Origin: Diadema antillarum
Lineage: Eukaryota
NCBI RefSeq assembly: GCF_040938485.1
Contig: NW_027271598.1
Location: 3,100,001 to 3,164,000 of the forward strand
Direction: 5' to 3'
Length of the DNA stretch: 64,000 nucleotides
Shown: in pieces, positions 13,101-26,100 of the stretch
Layout: each line of letters opens with the position of its first letter
Position numbering within the stretch: the stretch's first letter is position 1
Position numbers and translations under genes: made by a program
Notes under the pieces: generated by a model
The model's database searches: none
Seen by the model: the letters and a program-made list of their open reading frames with translations, nothing else
What the model was told of the DNA's origin: nothing

Positions 13101-16100
13101 TTATTCTTTTTTTTTTTTTTTTTTTTTTGTTATGGTAGCTTAGCGGCACAATTGAGTCTTTTGAGTCACAAGTTGTAGCGGTTTGTCTTTGATGATGTGT
13201 CTCCCTCCAGTGTCAAGGCCTCCAGATAGTCAACCACTTCTTGCCCCAGCACATGACGAGAGAGATGACAGCCCACGAGTTCAAGTTTGCCATCAGGGTG
13301 GAGGAGGTCCTCAACAGGTTGGTTGGAAAAAGTGTCACAGATCTCTGAAGCAAGTGTCAATCCGCACAGCCTTGTGCCATTTCCAATACATCGTCCTGTC
13401 TTACTTTAGAACATGGACCACATCAGAACCAATGATATCCAGATTGATGATTAAGAGTGTACTGTAGAGACAGCCTTGAACATGAATCATTCAATTACTT
13501 CATTTCAAGGCATGCCAAAATACATTTATTGTACTACAGTATATATGTCTTCAATGATGGAATCATAAAAACACACAAGAGGGAATGGGAAGGATCCCGT
13601 GCTAACATTATTGCAATTCAACAAGAGCAATTATCAAACAAATTCACAAGAATCTCTAGTAATGATATAAGATCTATAGAAGGTCATGAGAAAAGAAGAG
13701 ATTGTAGAGGAAACATTGCTTACCCATACACATAAATTTTAGTCCATTTCATGAAAAAGGAATGTATGGTAAAGTCTTTTGAATCGACAAGTGTTTAACT
13801 GCTTTCATTGATATGAGAAAGGTATTCAGAAGAACAGAGCTTTTGTGAAATATGGGATATTGTGTTTTTCAAATTCAGTTAAAATGAAATATGAACATCT
13901 TGAGCATTTGTAGTGTTATTATTGTGAATTGAACAATTCAGAGTAAAATGAGCATGAAAAAGTTCAGGAAAAATGTTACAAGGAGGTCTTTGGTTCAAAT
14001 CCCAATGGGATCCCACCTTCTTTGTTCAGTTTTTCACTTAAAAGTCAAAACATGGCAGAAAAAAAAATGCTGCTGAATTTATCCCATAGTGGCAAGCTAG
14101 TGGAGTGAAATGGAGTTGTAAGGGGCCTGAGCTTTCAATCCATCCAGAGTCTTCATCGGAAGCAAAATGACAATCATAAAATTTAAACATGAAAATCACA
14201 CTCTCAGAGGAACATTAAATAAGATCTTAAATGGGTAGAATATTCATTAAAAAAAAACAGTAACAAATAAAATGTTATGGAAAATGTGCTTGTTATCAGT
14301 ATAAATAATGCATGGTAAGAAACATAGGAACCTTTGGCAGACTACAAAGTGTCATTTTCACTCATAGGATTCCCGAGCAAGAGTATCGCCAGCTCATGGT
14401 GGAATGTCTGATGGTCATCTCGCTGGTTGTCGAGAACGAGTGGCTGCCCAGCCTGGGTGGCGTCATAGCAACGGACAAGCTGGTAGCCGATGCCAACGAG
14501 CTCTTCCTGCAAGACCAGGTAAGCCCACTCCAAAGCTTCCTGTCCGCGGCGCAAGAGTGGCGGGCGCGATGCCTGGGCAGGATTGAATTTTATGCTGTGA
14601 CATTGCTCATTCAGGACATTGTCTTTGTCTGAATTATGCACATTTCCAAATATTTTCAGACATTGGCACTGATTAGTCTTCAATAGCGAATTCATACCTA
14701 TCGTGTGACATGGTGGAAATGGACATGAGGTAGACTGATGGCAGTTGTGAGTCATACTTTGCAAGCCCGCTAGGTTTCTGGCTCGTTTTGATGGAAGGTT
14801 GCATAATCACGGCACCGAAGGATAGTGGTGGTGGCAACTGATTTGACAAGATATTAATTTCAAGGGAGAAAAAGGGTAGTGAGTTGTACGATTTGGCAGT
14901 GAGAAATGTCCTCTTCGCTGAATTTCCTCTTATCTTGTTATAAATTTGTGGGCATTTAACCTTCAATGGGGTGGGGGGGGGGGGACAATGTCTGTGATGA
15001 CATGCATTGCAATAGTATTGAAGAAATAAACCCATTCGATCTTCAACGCAGTGGCCATTTACAGAAAAAGGGGGTGGGGTAGATTTCTTGACTACCTTGA
15101 ATAAGTTTATATGAAGACATGCACTTGTGATTCCAAGAAATGTCATTACCATTCCATATTCAGTATCCATTCTAGTAACATTAAGTGTCCTGTGTCTGCA
15201 GTCAACTTGCAGAACAAAAAGAGATAAGAAATAGATTTTAAAATGAGTAATAAAAATAAAAAAAAATAAAAAATTGCATGACGGCACATTCCCCAGAAGA
15301 TCAACCGTCCCTTACGTAAATCATTTGTAAATCATTCTTCCTCATATAATGACTTCTTAAACCATGACTGCATGTGTTTCTGAATGTAACTGTCTTGTAC
15401 AACATACATTTGTAATAGTAAATATCACTGAAACGATTCATTCATGAGTAAAAAAAAATGTGCATGTATTGGTTTTTTTTTTTTTAAAATCACTCATTAC
15501 TAGGTCAGTCATAGAAGATCACATATAAGGTTGAAAGCGTAGTGCTACAGATATCAATGTCAAGCACCACTTGGCTTTTTTCAAAATTTAGTAGGAAAAG
15601 ACTGTGATGGAAACTGTTGCAAAGAGCAAAACACTTCAATTACCATTGATATTAAAAGTGAAATTGGATTGAAAGTTGATTTATGAAGATTTTTGTGTTT
15701 TGTGGTCTTCTCTCTTTGTGTAGAAGTAAACTGAAAGCAACTCGGTTCTGAACACGTGTAAAGCCGGATGAAACTGGTATCAAATGACTGATAGGTATTT
15801 ATTTTACACAAAGCAAGTACAAATCTGACTGGCCCAAACACACAATTTGTTTGCACGTGTAAACTTGTGGCTGTGGCACTCAGATCTGTAACATGATTCA
15901 AAGTGATGACTGAATAACTTGTAGCTGTTATTTTACTGAGGGTTTAAATTTCGAGAATTTTATGAATCACTGTTAGGCTGTATTAAACTGTTGACAAGAT
16001 GCAAAAATAATTGCGAATAGATGTAGGCATTAGTGCACTTATGATAAGCATCAATGTCACATTGAGAAAACAACATCACACCAAAATGTCTGTGACCTCC

Positions 16101-17139
16101 TCCTTTGCGAAAATATATGTTCGCAAAAATACCAGCTCTTACGGTGTCACAAAACAACAAACCATTATCGCACGTGATCTTGACACACCTGCTAACCATT
16201 CTTAAGAAGAACATTTTTTTTTTCTTTTAGTACCCTTTAATCCTAGTCTTGTGCACATTTCTTACAATATTGATAATTGGAAATGAATAAAAAAAATAGT
16301 TTATACTCATTTGTTCCTATTTGTTTAGCTTTAGGGTAGGAAGGTTTGCATTACAAAAGTTATTGACACAGTCCATGCCTAATTGATGTGTTTAAATCTC
16401 ATGACTTGTGTATGTTGTTTGCTATTTGTAATGTCAACACATGGTGAACAAAGAGAGTACATTTCAGTGGTTATTGGGAATTCTTATCTCTAGTATAGAA
16501 ATTCTGGCAGAGAGGGTAATATTTTGCCCTTCTTCAGTCCAGTTTGCAACTTACTAGCCCAGTTATGCATTATGTGTGCGCGGTGTGTATGACCTTTCAC
16601 AGCCCTGTCCCACTTCCTATGACCGTGACCCACTCAGTCTTTGGTGTAAACAACATGGCAGCAATATAAGGGCACTTCTCTCAAGAGGTAGCTTCTTCCA
16701 ACTGTACAGTATATACGTGTAGTATTTATGTATAGTCCATATCATAATGACACTGAAAGGCACACTACCCCTGTTCTCCGTATGGCTAGGTGTCCATTTT
16801 CCTCCTCTGGTGCTGTGGAATTAAAGATCGACCTTTTCAACATCAGTTTTTACAGAGGTGGCAATTGTTAGTTTTTGCAGTAATTTCCTACTGGTAAAAA
16901 AAAAAAAAGGAAGAAAAAAATGTATAAAAGATTGTCATGAAACCTGTTTCATGGTTTGATGGAAAATACAACTGATTTTCCCAATTTTGTAATACTATCT
17001 CTTGCTGGAAAGGTAAAAATCCTGTTTTCCACCCAAATTGCATTTATATCCCTCAGAGTACTGCAAGAGTGCAATGTTGTTTTATACAAGGAGGACATTC
17101 CTGGTCTTATGTATCAAGTTGTCTGCTGCCCTTGAAATG

Positions 17140-17197
<58 letters not shown>

Positions 17198-20100
17198 TGA
17201 TTAAGTGTGCATTTTTTCCTTCCTTAAAAGGGCATCTGCACATTAGTACATCTGCTGTGTAGACAACGTTAGGAGTGATCTGTAGTTTGGCATCTCTTGT
17301 CTTTTGTTGCTGTTTTTTAATGGAGTCCTAATAAAAACTCTTCAAATCTATCCCAGGTGAACAGAAAGCACTGACATGAGTAGGATTGGTGGTAGCAAGT
17401 TTTCTAATTCAGGAAAAAATGCAATTCCTAGGCTCAACTTCTAAAAGCATAACAGGTATATATGTCAGAAGAAAATGGCTCTATGACTTTTATATACTGT
17501 ATCGTGCAAGGTCAGTCACAGTTTCAAATGGATTTTTCTCAAAGTTTTTGAGGTTTGCCAGATTTTTCATCAACAAGAATGTTATTTCAGGCTCTCACAA
17601 GTGGTCTGTAAGAAAATACTTCAGCCATGGCATGCAGAACTGATTTTCTTACATGTTGAGTGCTTGTGAAAGATATAACTAAAAGTATTTTTCAGTGGTT
17701 GCTTGGTAAAAGTATTTGTGATACAAATGCATTACAGAACAATACAGACAAAAAGTGAGGATAGTTGTAGCCACAACAATAAAGATAGGAATTTGTGAAA
17801 TTAAAATGATAGAAATAAATATTTCATTCACATGCATACTCATGATATACACAAATTGGAAAAAAAAAACTCATAAAAATTTTGAGAAATGTGCATGTGC
17901 TTATAATGTTTTCATGGCTGTGTTCCAGAAAATCTTGACTGTCTCGTAAACAAAGTCTACTGAGGTGTCATGAGAAACATATCTGTTGACAGAGGGGAAG
18001 AAAAAGAACACTAGAATTGATTTCAGCCCCACGTGACTGTCTATGTGGCTCCTATGAGTTGATGTACACGTATTGTATGTAATACCAGATGACTGTATCA
18101 AATTCCCATGCTACGATGTATTATACAACCAGTGAGATTGTCATTTTTTCTCTTGAATGCAGACAGAGGAATATGTGCTCTCAAAACAGATCAACAACTC
18201 CCTCTCCACTTTTTGGCAGATTTCCGTCATTTCTTTTTCTGATTTTTTTATGCTGATTACTTTGAGTAAATTAATCTAATTGATTTTTTTTTCTTCTTCT
18301 TTTTTGGGGGTGGGGGATGGGGGGACCTTGGTTGGCAGAGAGATTTGTCCCCTCTTCAGTGGATATGGTATAAAGTGATAATCTGGGTTTTATGAAGTGT
18401 ATGATTTTTTTTTTTCAATTTTATGTGACCACTGTTTGACAAGCTACCACAAGGTCAATGGCTTTTACATCCCCTTCAACAGATGAGGCAATGAGAATTT
18501 AGAGTAAAACCAGAAACATTCAAGGCGTGAAACTTTCATGAATTGCAACCCATGAAAAAATTATGAGTATACTGCATAAACTGGACTGTGTAGACAAAAA
18601 TGTTAGCGTGCATTCTGTTTTTGTGAATCGCGACTCCTCGCAATATTCATGAGAGTTTCTTGCATGCAAAAATGGTTTTGGAGTAGTGCCTTACCTTGGT
18701 GCACAACCACTGCTGTAAGGAGACTTGCACTAGAGACCTCACAATAGACCAGTTTGCATGACCTTGCTCATGACAACCCTGTATCACATTATGTTGTTAC
18801 TCTCACTTGACCTTTATCTGCTTAAGAGCGGAATGTAACTTTGAATTGGCTTATTGGCAGCCTGTGGTCTTATCCTCCTGAGCCACAATAAATGTCTCCT
18901 CTAAAGTGGATATCTCATTGGCTTGGAGACTAGGACCTCGTTTACTCTAGAGTAATTGTGGTACCAAAGGTGGGGCCGGCCCAAGACCACCTCCATGTGG
19001 TAGTCTCAGGCCAGCCTGAGCCCCACCATTTGTTGATGTAAATGCAAGCAGACCCAAATGCGTGGCCAAACCCACTCGGCTGTACTGTAGAAATCACTGG
19101 AAAACAAACAATGTTTACATGTATGAAGAGCACCACTACAACGAAAAAAAGGAACATGCGAAAGGAACTTCATTCGCTTGGTGCAGCTCGACATGGTAGT
19201 ATAAACACACAGAAATGCCGAGCTGCGTGCCGTAATGTAGGCGGGTCTTTGGCCGGCCCGCTGGCCATTTTGTAAGCGGGGTCTAGATGGCAAAGTGGTG
19301 GTGAATTGAGTGTTGCTGGTCATGAAGACTACGCTAGTCTCCTGTACCGGCTGCACAGAAACGCTGTTAGTGAGAGGTTTGTTAGCGCTATCAAGTCACT
19401 AATAAACAAATCAGCCACTAACAGCACGCGTGCACGGGCAAAATGACCGCACAGAAAGCGCTGTTAGAGTGCTGTTAGACATGTGCGCTGTTAGGGTGCT
19501 GTCAGTGGATTTGAGCCATAGAGTTAGGCAAAATCTATGCGATTTGTGCGTAATGATCTATTTATAGATTGATGCATCTTGTTGATGCAGAGGCAGCACA
19601 ACGCAGTGCATTGTTGTCCTCTTGAGTGATGTGTATTCATATCTTTAAACAGTTCGATATTATCCGTACATTGTCGCCTTCGTGAGAGCATGGCCGGTGC
19701 CACGTTTTCAAAAGTTTCTGGGTTTTCATGAGCTAACAAAAACAAAACAAAGCAAAACAAAACAAAAAGGACTTCGGCGCAACATTGGGTGCCACTTCCG
19801 AGTTTCTTCAGCTGACAAGCAAGCAAATAAATAAATAAATAAGTAAATAATAATAATTATAAAAATATAGGTCTTCAGCACATCTTTCTCATTCCACATT
19901 TGGGTTTCTTCTGCTGAAAGGCAGGAAAAAAAAACTAAAACAAAACATTAAAAGAAGGAAAGGAAGAAAAAAGGTCTTCAGGGCAAAAACAAACCCCTTA
20001 CCGCGCTCAAAGGTTTCATTCCTTTTTTTCTTTTTCCAGCGTCATTTCCTGCGGGGTGACCGGGGCCCAAAGTAGTGACACCCTATGTCGGCCCTACTCC

Positions 20101-23100
20101 TATGTAGTCCTACGGGTGCAAAAAAGCCAGGCAACCAGTCCCCATAGCAGTATTTCTAGTGACATATTATGTATACAATAGTTGTAATGATAAAGTTCAT
20201 CATCATTGACTTTAATGGGTATGTAGCCTATTTCACTATTAGAGGACCAGTCCACCTACAAATGTGGATTTAGTGAATACAGCAATGTTAGTAGAACACA
20301 TTGATATGATAGGTTTTTGAATAAGTTTTTGAAGTCACTGTTGGCTGAGAAGACTGCTGCAGTGTATGATTTTCACGAAAAATTTTTTCTCAGCAAAATC
20401 TAAGTTGCCCACTACCCGCCACATTCTTAATTAGGTCTAGGTCGATCTATTTTGAAGTATGTCCACATCGTATAAAAAAGGAGACAACTGAAGTTACAGC
20501 GCACGCAAGAAATTATTCACTAACATTGTCACTATCGGTGCCCCTGGCACTGTTAGTGAGTTGTTAAAACAGCATTGTTTCCACTTTTGATTATTGAAAT
20601 TAATCAATTCTAATGTAGATAAGCTCGAAAAAGTGCTTGCGACAAAATTTGGTCAAAAAGCAATAGAAAACAAAAGGTTGAAAAAACAATGAAATACATA
20701 AGAAATTAACAAAACTATAAAAACAAAAGAAATTGATCTTGATTTCGCTATTTTTTTTTACAAGAAAATTGTTCGATGTGTCTTAAGGAATTCTGACGCA
20801 AAAATTTAGCAATCCTTCAGTCTTTTTAATGCAGTTACAGTAGTTTCAAATTCCGTGCATAAATTTACATTATTAATTTACTAAAAATAGAAAATCAATG
20901 ATTTTCTATTGTATGACCATGTAGTATTGTAGTTGACAACCGGGTGTATGTTCAGGCAAAATTTTGCAGCGATTGCACCATCGGCGCCCGAGATCTGAAG
21001 GCTCCCCCCCCCCCCCAACACTTGGATTCAAATAGCCCAGTTAGAATACAAAGGGTTAAAGCTACTTTAAACATCGCGTAAGATTACACTTTTGGATTCC
21101 ATTTGTCATGTGATTCATCCTGTGACCTGTGTACATAGTTAACGCCCCTCATCTTTTCCTCAGAGTGACATAATTGCTTGACAGTTGATAAGATGAAGCT
21201 TTGTTTTCATTTGCGCAACAGAGAAGTCTGACATTCCAGGAGGGTATTTGCTGTTTGCGAACCATAATGACCATTTTAATCGTTCATATGATGCGTGAAC
21301 AAAATTGTAATTACATATCACTACCGTTATGTTTACGCTTGCTTGAATAACATCCACTGGCAAACTCTGTCAGAGTGATGTGACATTGTGCTCTGCAGTG
21401 AAGGAATCTCTTGCAGATGGCTTTTCAGGCAACTTCAAAACTAGAATGTAGAATGAAGCAGTAGCTCTTTCATACAATCGTGCTTTTGCTGCATGTGATA
21501 TTTGTTACTGCTATCAACTCAAGACTACATCCCCAAATTTGATCGAGACATCCAGATGTCGTTCGTTTAATTACTATTCATAAGTGTCACTTCTTGTCTT
21601 CTTCTTTTGCATGTAAGTTCAGTAAAGAAGGAAGTAGGATTTGCTTTCGTTAATTCAGGTAGCGTTGTCTCGAAATGCGCAGCAGGTAGCATTTGTTTGG
21701 ATACCAGGGTGCTTTAAATCTCTTCAGGTGTAGAATGATTGAGGTGTTCACTCTCGGTGTTGCGTGCTAGACAAACAGTTTTATCACCTGACTCAATGGA
21801 GCTACCTGTGCTACCGAATGATCATGACATCCTTCCTCTGTGTGTCTTCAACTTCCTCTTCTCTCCGTCTTCCTGCTTGACGGTCTGGAGGATTGGGAAT
21901 CCACTCCAGAGACTGATGAGGCTGAGAAGCCAGTGTATTAGCCTCGCCTCCAGCTCCACAGCCTGTTCGTGAAATCTGGCAGACGCAGATCGCACGAGGC
22001 GTGCCGTCACTTTTGGTGTAACAGCGACACCACGATTCAGTTTCATGTATCACCTGCTTTCAAGTGTAGCTCATTTTGGCGCCAAAACAGTTAGGGTTGC
22101 ATATATGGTTGCCTGTGGTTGCCTAGAAACCCCAGAAAATACAAATACATATTTGTTTGTTTTGGCATTGAACGAGTGAATTAGGGTTGGGTTTTGTTTT
22201 TTTAATCATTTTCTATTAGGTTTTTTTTTTCTTTCTTTCATTCTGTGCTCATCCTGTTCCTCCTCTTGTGTAAATATGAAATGTGATCTTCATTTTATGA
22301 AGTGTTATCTTCTTTTTTTATGAAATGTTATCTTCTTTTTTATCTTCACTCGCTGTTTCCTGCTGTTATGAAGAGCTCTTTCAGGGGTATTAGATTTGTT
22401 TATTTGTTATTGCTGGAAGGCCAAAGAACCTTGAAATGATTAGATGTCTCTTTGGTAAGATGTATAAGATCAAATAAAGAGAGGGCTTTTTTCATTGGGA
22501 TCACCTACTTTGTTTACACTGCAGCTCCATGCATGCCCTGAAGAAAGTGTCACTGTAAAGTGGAGTCTTGGTTTCTTGTTTGTTTTGAGTTTTTTTTTTG
22601 TCTTCTCCTTCTTTTTTTTTTGAAAAATGACCTTAATGTTTGTTTCTTCTGTCAGCATCAGATCAGAGATTTCACTCATGGCCCTGGAATATCTGTCAAT
22701 CACCGGAGGCATGAGTATGCTGTTGTTCTTTTTTTTTGATAATGTTCCTCTCTTGCAGATGATACAGTATTAAAGCCACTATTTATCATTTGCAGCAACA
22801 ACAACAACCCAGCTTTAGTGCTTCAAAATCGTTCTTAAATGGGAGTTAGGGAGAGAAACAACCAACATAAAAATGTTAATCAGTATAATCAATGTTAAGT
22901 ATTGTTAAATGTACAAAATATGAACAGTAGTTATTTTAGAATCATTTCTAGAATAAACTATCCACAGTTATGGTTTATCGAGAAAATTAGTGATATCTCC
23001 TTATGTTTGCAGCTTTATTGCCAAATATGTATATGGAAGCATGTTTTGTGATACAACTGAACTATAAAAATGCATCAAAAGTGATAATTCGAACAGTTTT

Positions 23101-26100
23101 TATGCCTCCGCCACGAAGTGGTGCCGGAGGCATTATGTTTTCGGGTTGTCCGTCCGTCCGTCCGTCCTTCCGTCCGTCCGTAATAAATTTTGTGGACAGG
23201 GTAACTATTAAATCCTTTTTATCCTAATGAAACTTGGCATGTATGTGTATTAGGGGGTGAAGTTGTGCCTATCAACTTTTGGGTGCACATTGTCAAGGTC
23301 AAAGGTCAAAAGGTCAATGTCAAATACGTGAAATTTCACTATTTCCTCCATATCTATGCAATGCCTGAAGATATTTTCTTGAAACTTAGTGTATACATAT
23401 ATTACCCAATTAAGATTCTCTGGTGAAAGTTTTGGGTAATGAGGTCAAAGGTCAAAGGTCAAAAGGTCAAGTTAGAATATTAAAACTTCGCTTTTTTCTC
23501 CGTACCTTGGAAATTGTTCAAGGTATCTTCATGGAACATAGTATATATACACGTACTGACTGGCAGTTATTATCTAGAGAATCCAGGGTTCATAGGTCAA
23601 AGGTCAGGGGTCAAAGGTCAAGTGCAACACTTCAAATTTTTACTATTTCCCTCATACATAATGCCAGCAATTTTTTTTTTTACACTTGTGTATGCATGTA
23701 TAACCTAGATTATCTGGAAATTTTCTTTTTCTCTTTTTTTTTTGGGGGGGGGGAGCAGGGGTTTGCCTCAAAGGTCAAAAGGTCAAAGATCAAGGGAAAG
23801 TGCTGAACTAACTTTTTCCTCCATATCTCAGAAGTTGCTCAAGTTATCTTGAAACTTACTACATATTTATGCATGTTCTGCTTACCAGTGATTATCCTAT
23901 GAATTTTAGGGTCAAAGGCCAAAAGAAAATGGTAATACAGTGTACTTTTCAATACAGAAATTACACTTTTTCTCCATACCTTGAAAATTACAGTATTCAT
24001 ACACTTATGAATGGGTCAAAGTCAAGTTAAAGTCCTTGAATCCCCAAATACATGCTCTCCTATTCATCTAATTAAACCTAGGTAAAGGAAGGTGAACATT
24101 CAACACATTTGTGACAAACATGTAATTTCAATATTTTGCCAATATTGTGAAAATGTAATTATACATTGTCCACATGTACTATAGACCTATTAGGAGAATC
24201 ATGCATTATGGCGGAGGCATAGCAGTCGCCTTAGCGACATTTCTAGTTTTTTTTTAAATCACTGCTCCCAACGGTAAACAGTGGCTTTAATTTGGGTCAA
24301 CTTGCTCAGCTTACTTTAACCTATCAGCACCTGCCAAGTGGCTTCCAAAACAAGAGATCGAAGTTTGTACCAAATTGGGGTAGCTCAGTGGAGAGGGGGG
24401 AGAAAAAAAAAACACCCAGATAGAAAGTGACAATCTCATAAATTGAATATGTAGGCCGCTCATATTACCTGGTTGTGACGTCATTCGAAATTCTTGGGTA
24501 ATTGACTCTGGCCCACAGTGTACCGCAAACCACAGCTGGGCTATCACTTTTCAGCTCATCTCAACGTAGCCGAGATTACCTGCACAACCTTTTTGGTGGA
24601 CAGGGAAATGACTTCTTTTTCTACCCCCTTTTTTTTTGGGGGGGGGGGGGGGGGGTGGGAGGGGGTTACAGCAAGATTGATCTTATTGGTAGCCTTTGCC
24701 ACAAATAGTAAACATCTTGTGAATAACGTCATTCGTCTACCTATAGATGACTATATCCGGCATAATGGAAAAATGTTTCCTGACATTGCACCGTCTCAGT
24801 GCTTTTTGCAGCATCTATGGCTGAGATATGATTAAGTATTGCTTCATGCTTGCCTGTTTTGCAGTGATTTAACTTACTTTGCTTACTGACCAACAGATTC
24901 CAATTTANNNNNNNNNNNNNNNNNNNNNNNNNNNNNNNNNNNNNNNNNNNNNNNNNNNNNNNNNNNNNNNNNNNNNNNNNNNNNNNNNNNNNNNNNNNNN
25001 NNNNNNNNNNNNNNNNNNNNNNNNNNNNNNNNNNNNNNNNNNNNNNNNNNNNNNNNNNNNNNNNNNNNNNNNNNNNNNNNNNNNNNNNNNNNNNNNNNNN
25101 NNNNNNNNNNNNNNNNNNNNNNNNNNNNNNGTTGGTGATTGCACAAATTAGAGATCTGTGATAAGTAGATATATCCCTACTCTTTCCAGCCTCTTTTCTC
25201 GCTGATATCTTTTCTGATACCCACATTTTAGGAATTTCTAGAATCTAAAGCCCACCGCACACTACACGATTTTGCCCCGATTCACCGGTCTTAAGACCTT
25301 AAGACTAGAAGTGTGACGTCACAGTCTTGCCATTTTCTAGTCGTACGACTGGGTCTTAGCGCCAGTCGTAGAGATTTGACATGTTGAATTTCTACGACTG
25401 GTCGTAGCCTTTCAGCCACTCACAATGCAGTAAAATGCAGCGCACTCAGTGCGCACTGCGCGCGCTTTACAGTCGGGTCGTATAGTGTGCGGTTTCCGGT
25501 CGTACGACTGGTCTTAAGACCCAGCTTGGCTTAAGACTTTAAGACCAGTCTGATCGTGTAGTGTGCGGTGGCCTTAAGACATTTTGTGACGTGCAAAATT
25601 ATGTTTGCCATCATTATTGACATCATACTGAATTAAGTGTGGTATACTTGGCCCCAAAATAGGCCATGTCCAAGCCTCAAGATACTCTTCAACTGGTTTT
25701 GAAATTGTGCTGTGATGAACCATGCCTGATATCATTCTCACAAGAAAAGATTTTTTTTTAAAGTCTCCAGCTTGGTAATGTGTTGTCATGTGATTTGGGA
25801 GAAGTCATGTGTTAAATGATATCCTAAGACTTTGTTTGAAGTGGGTGTTTCATAAAAGTCACCTTTTACATGTCAATTTCTCACATCAAAAGGTTTTCTT
25901 TCTTTCTTTTTTTTCTGTTGTTTTCTGTGTGTAATTTGAGCACTGATGTCGTATAACTGCCGTATAACTGCCGTATAACTGCGCTTGTCTGTTCACTTTT
26001 TTTTCTGTTTTATGTTTATTAGACTGCAGTACATGTATGTAAGCTAGACTAAAACTGTGATGGGGGGGGGGGCAGTTTTTGTGGAAGGGTCTGATTGCTT

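Noticed and set aside
13985-14010. B-box-like ggttcaaatccc
   Set aside because: No A box or cloverleaf upstream; at most a SINE relic.
23423-23806. 127-aa ORF with repeated KGQRSK
   Set aside because: Translation of the aaggtcaaaggtca repeats in the HINE.
24358-24400. tRNA-like start ggggtagctcagtggagag
   Set aside because: No B box, T arm or acceptor stem follows.
24741-25226. ORFs containing long X runs, here and at the other six gaps
   Set aside because: Artefacts of translating through N. Only the 52018-52152 segment has independent splice support.
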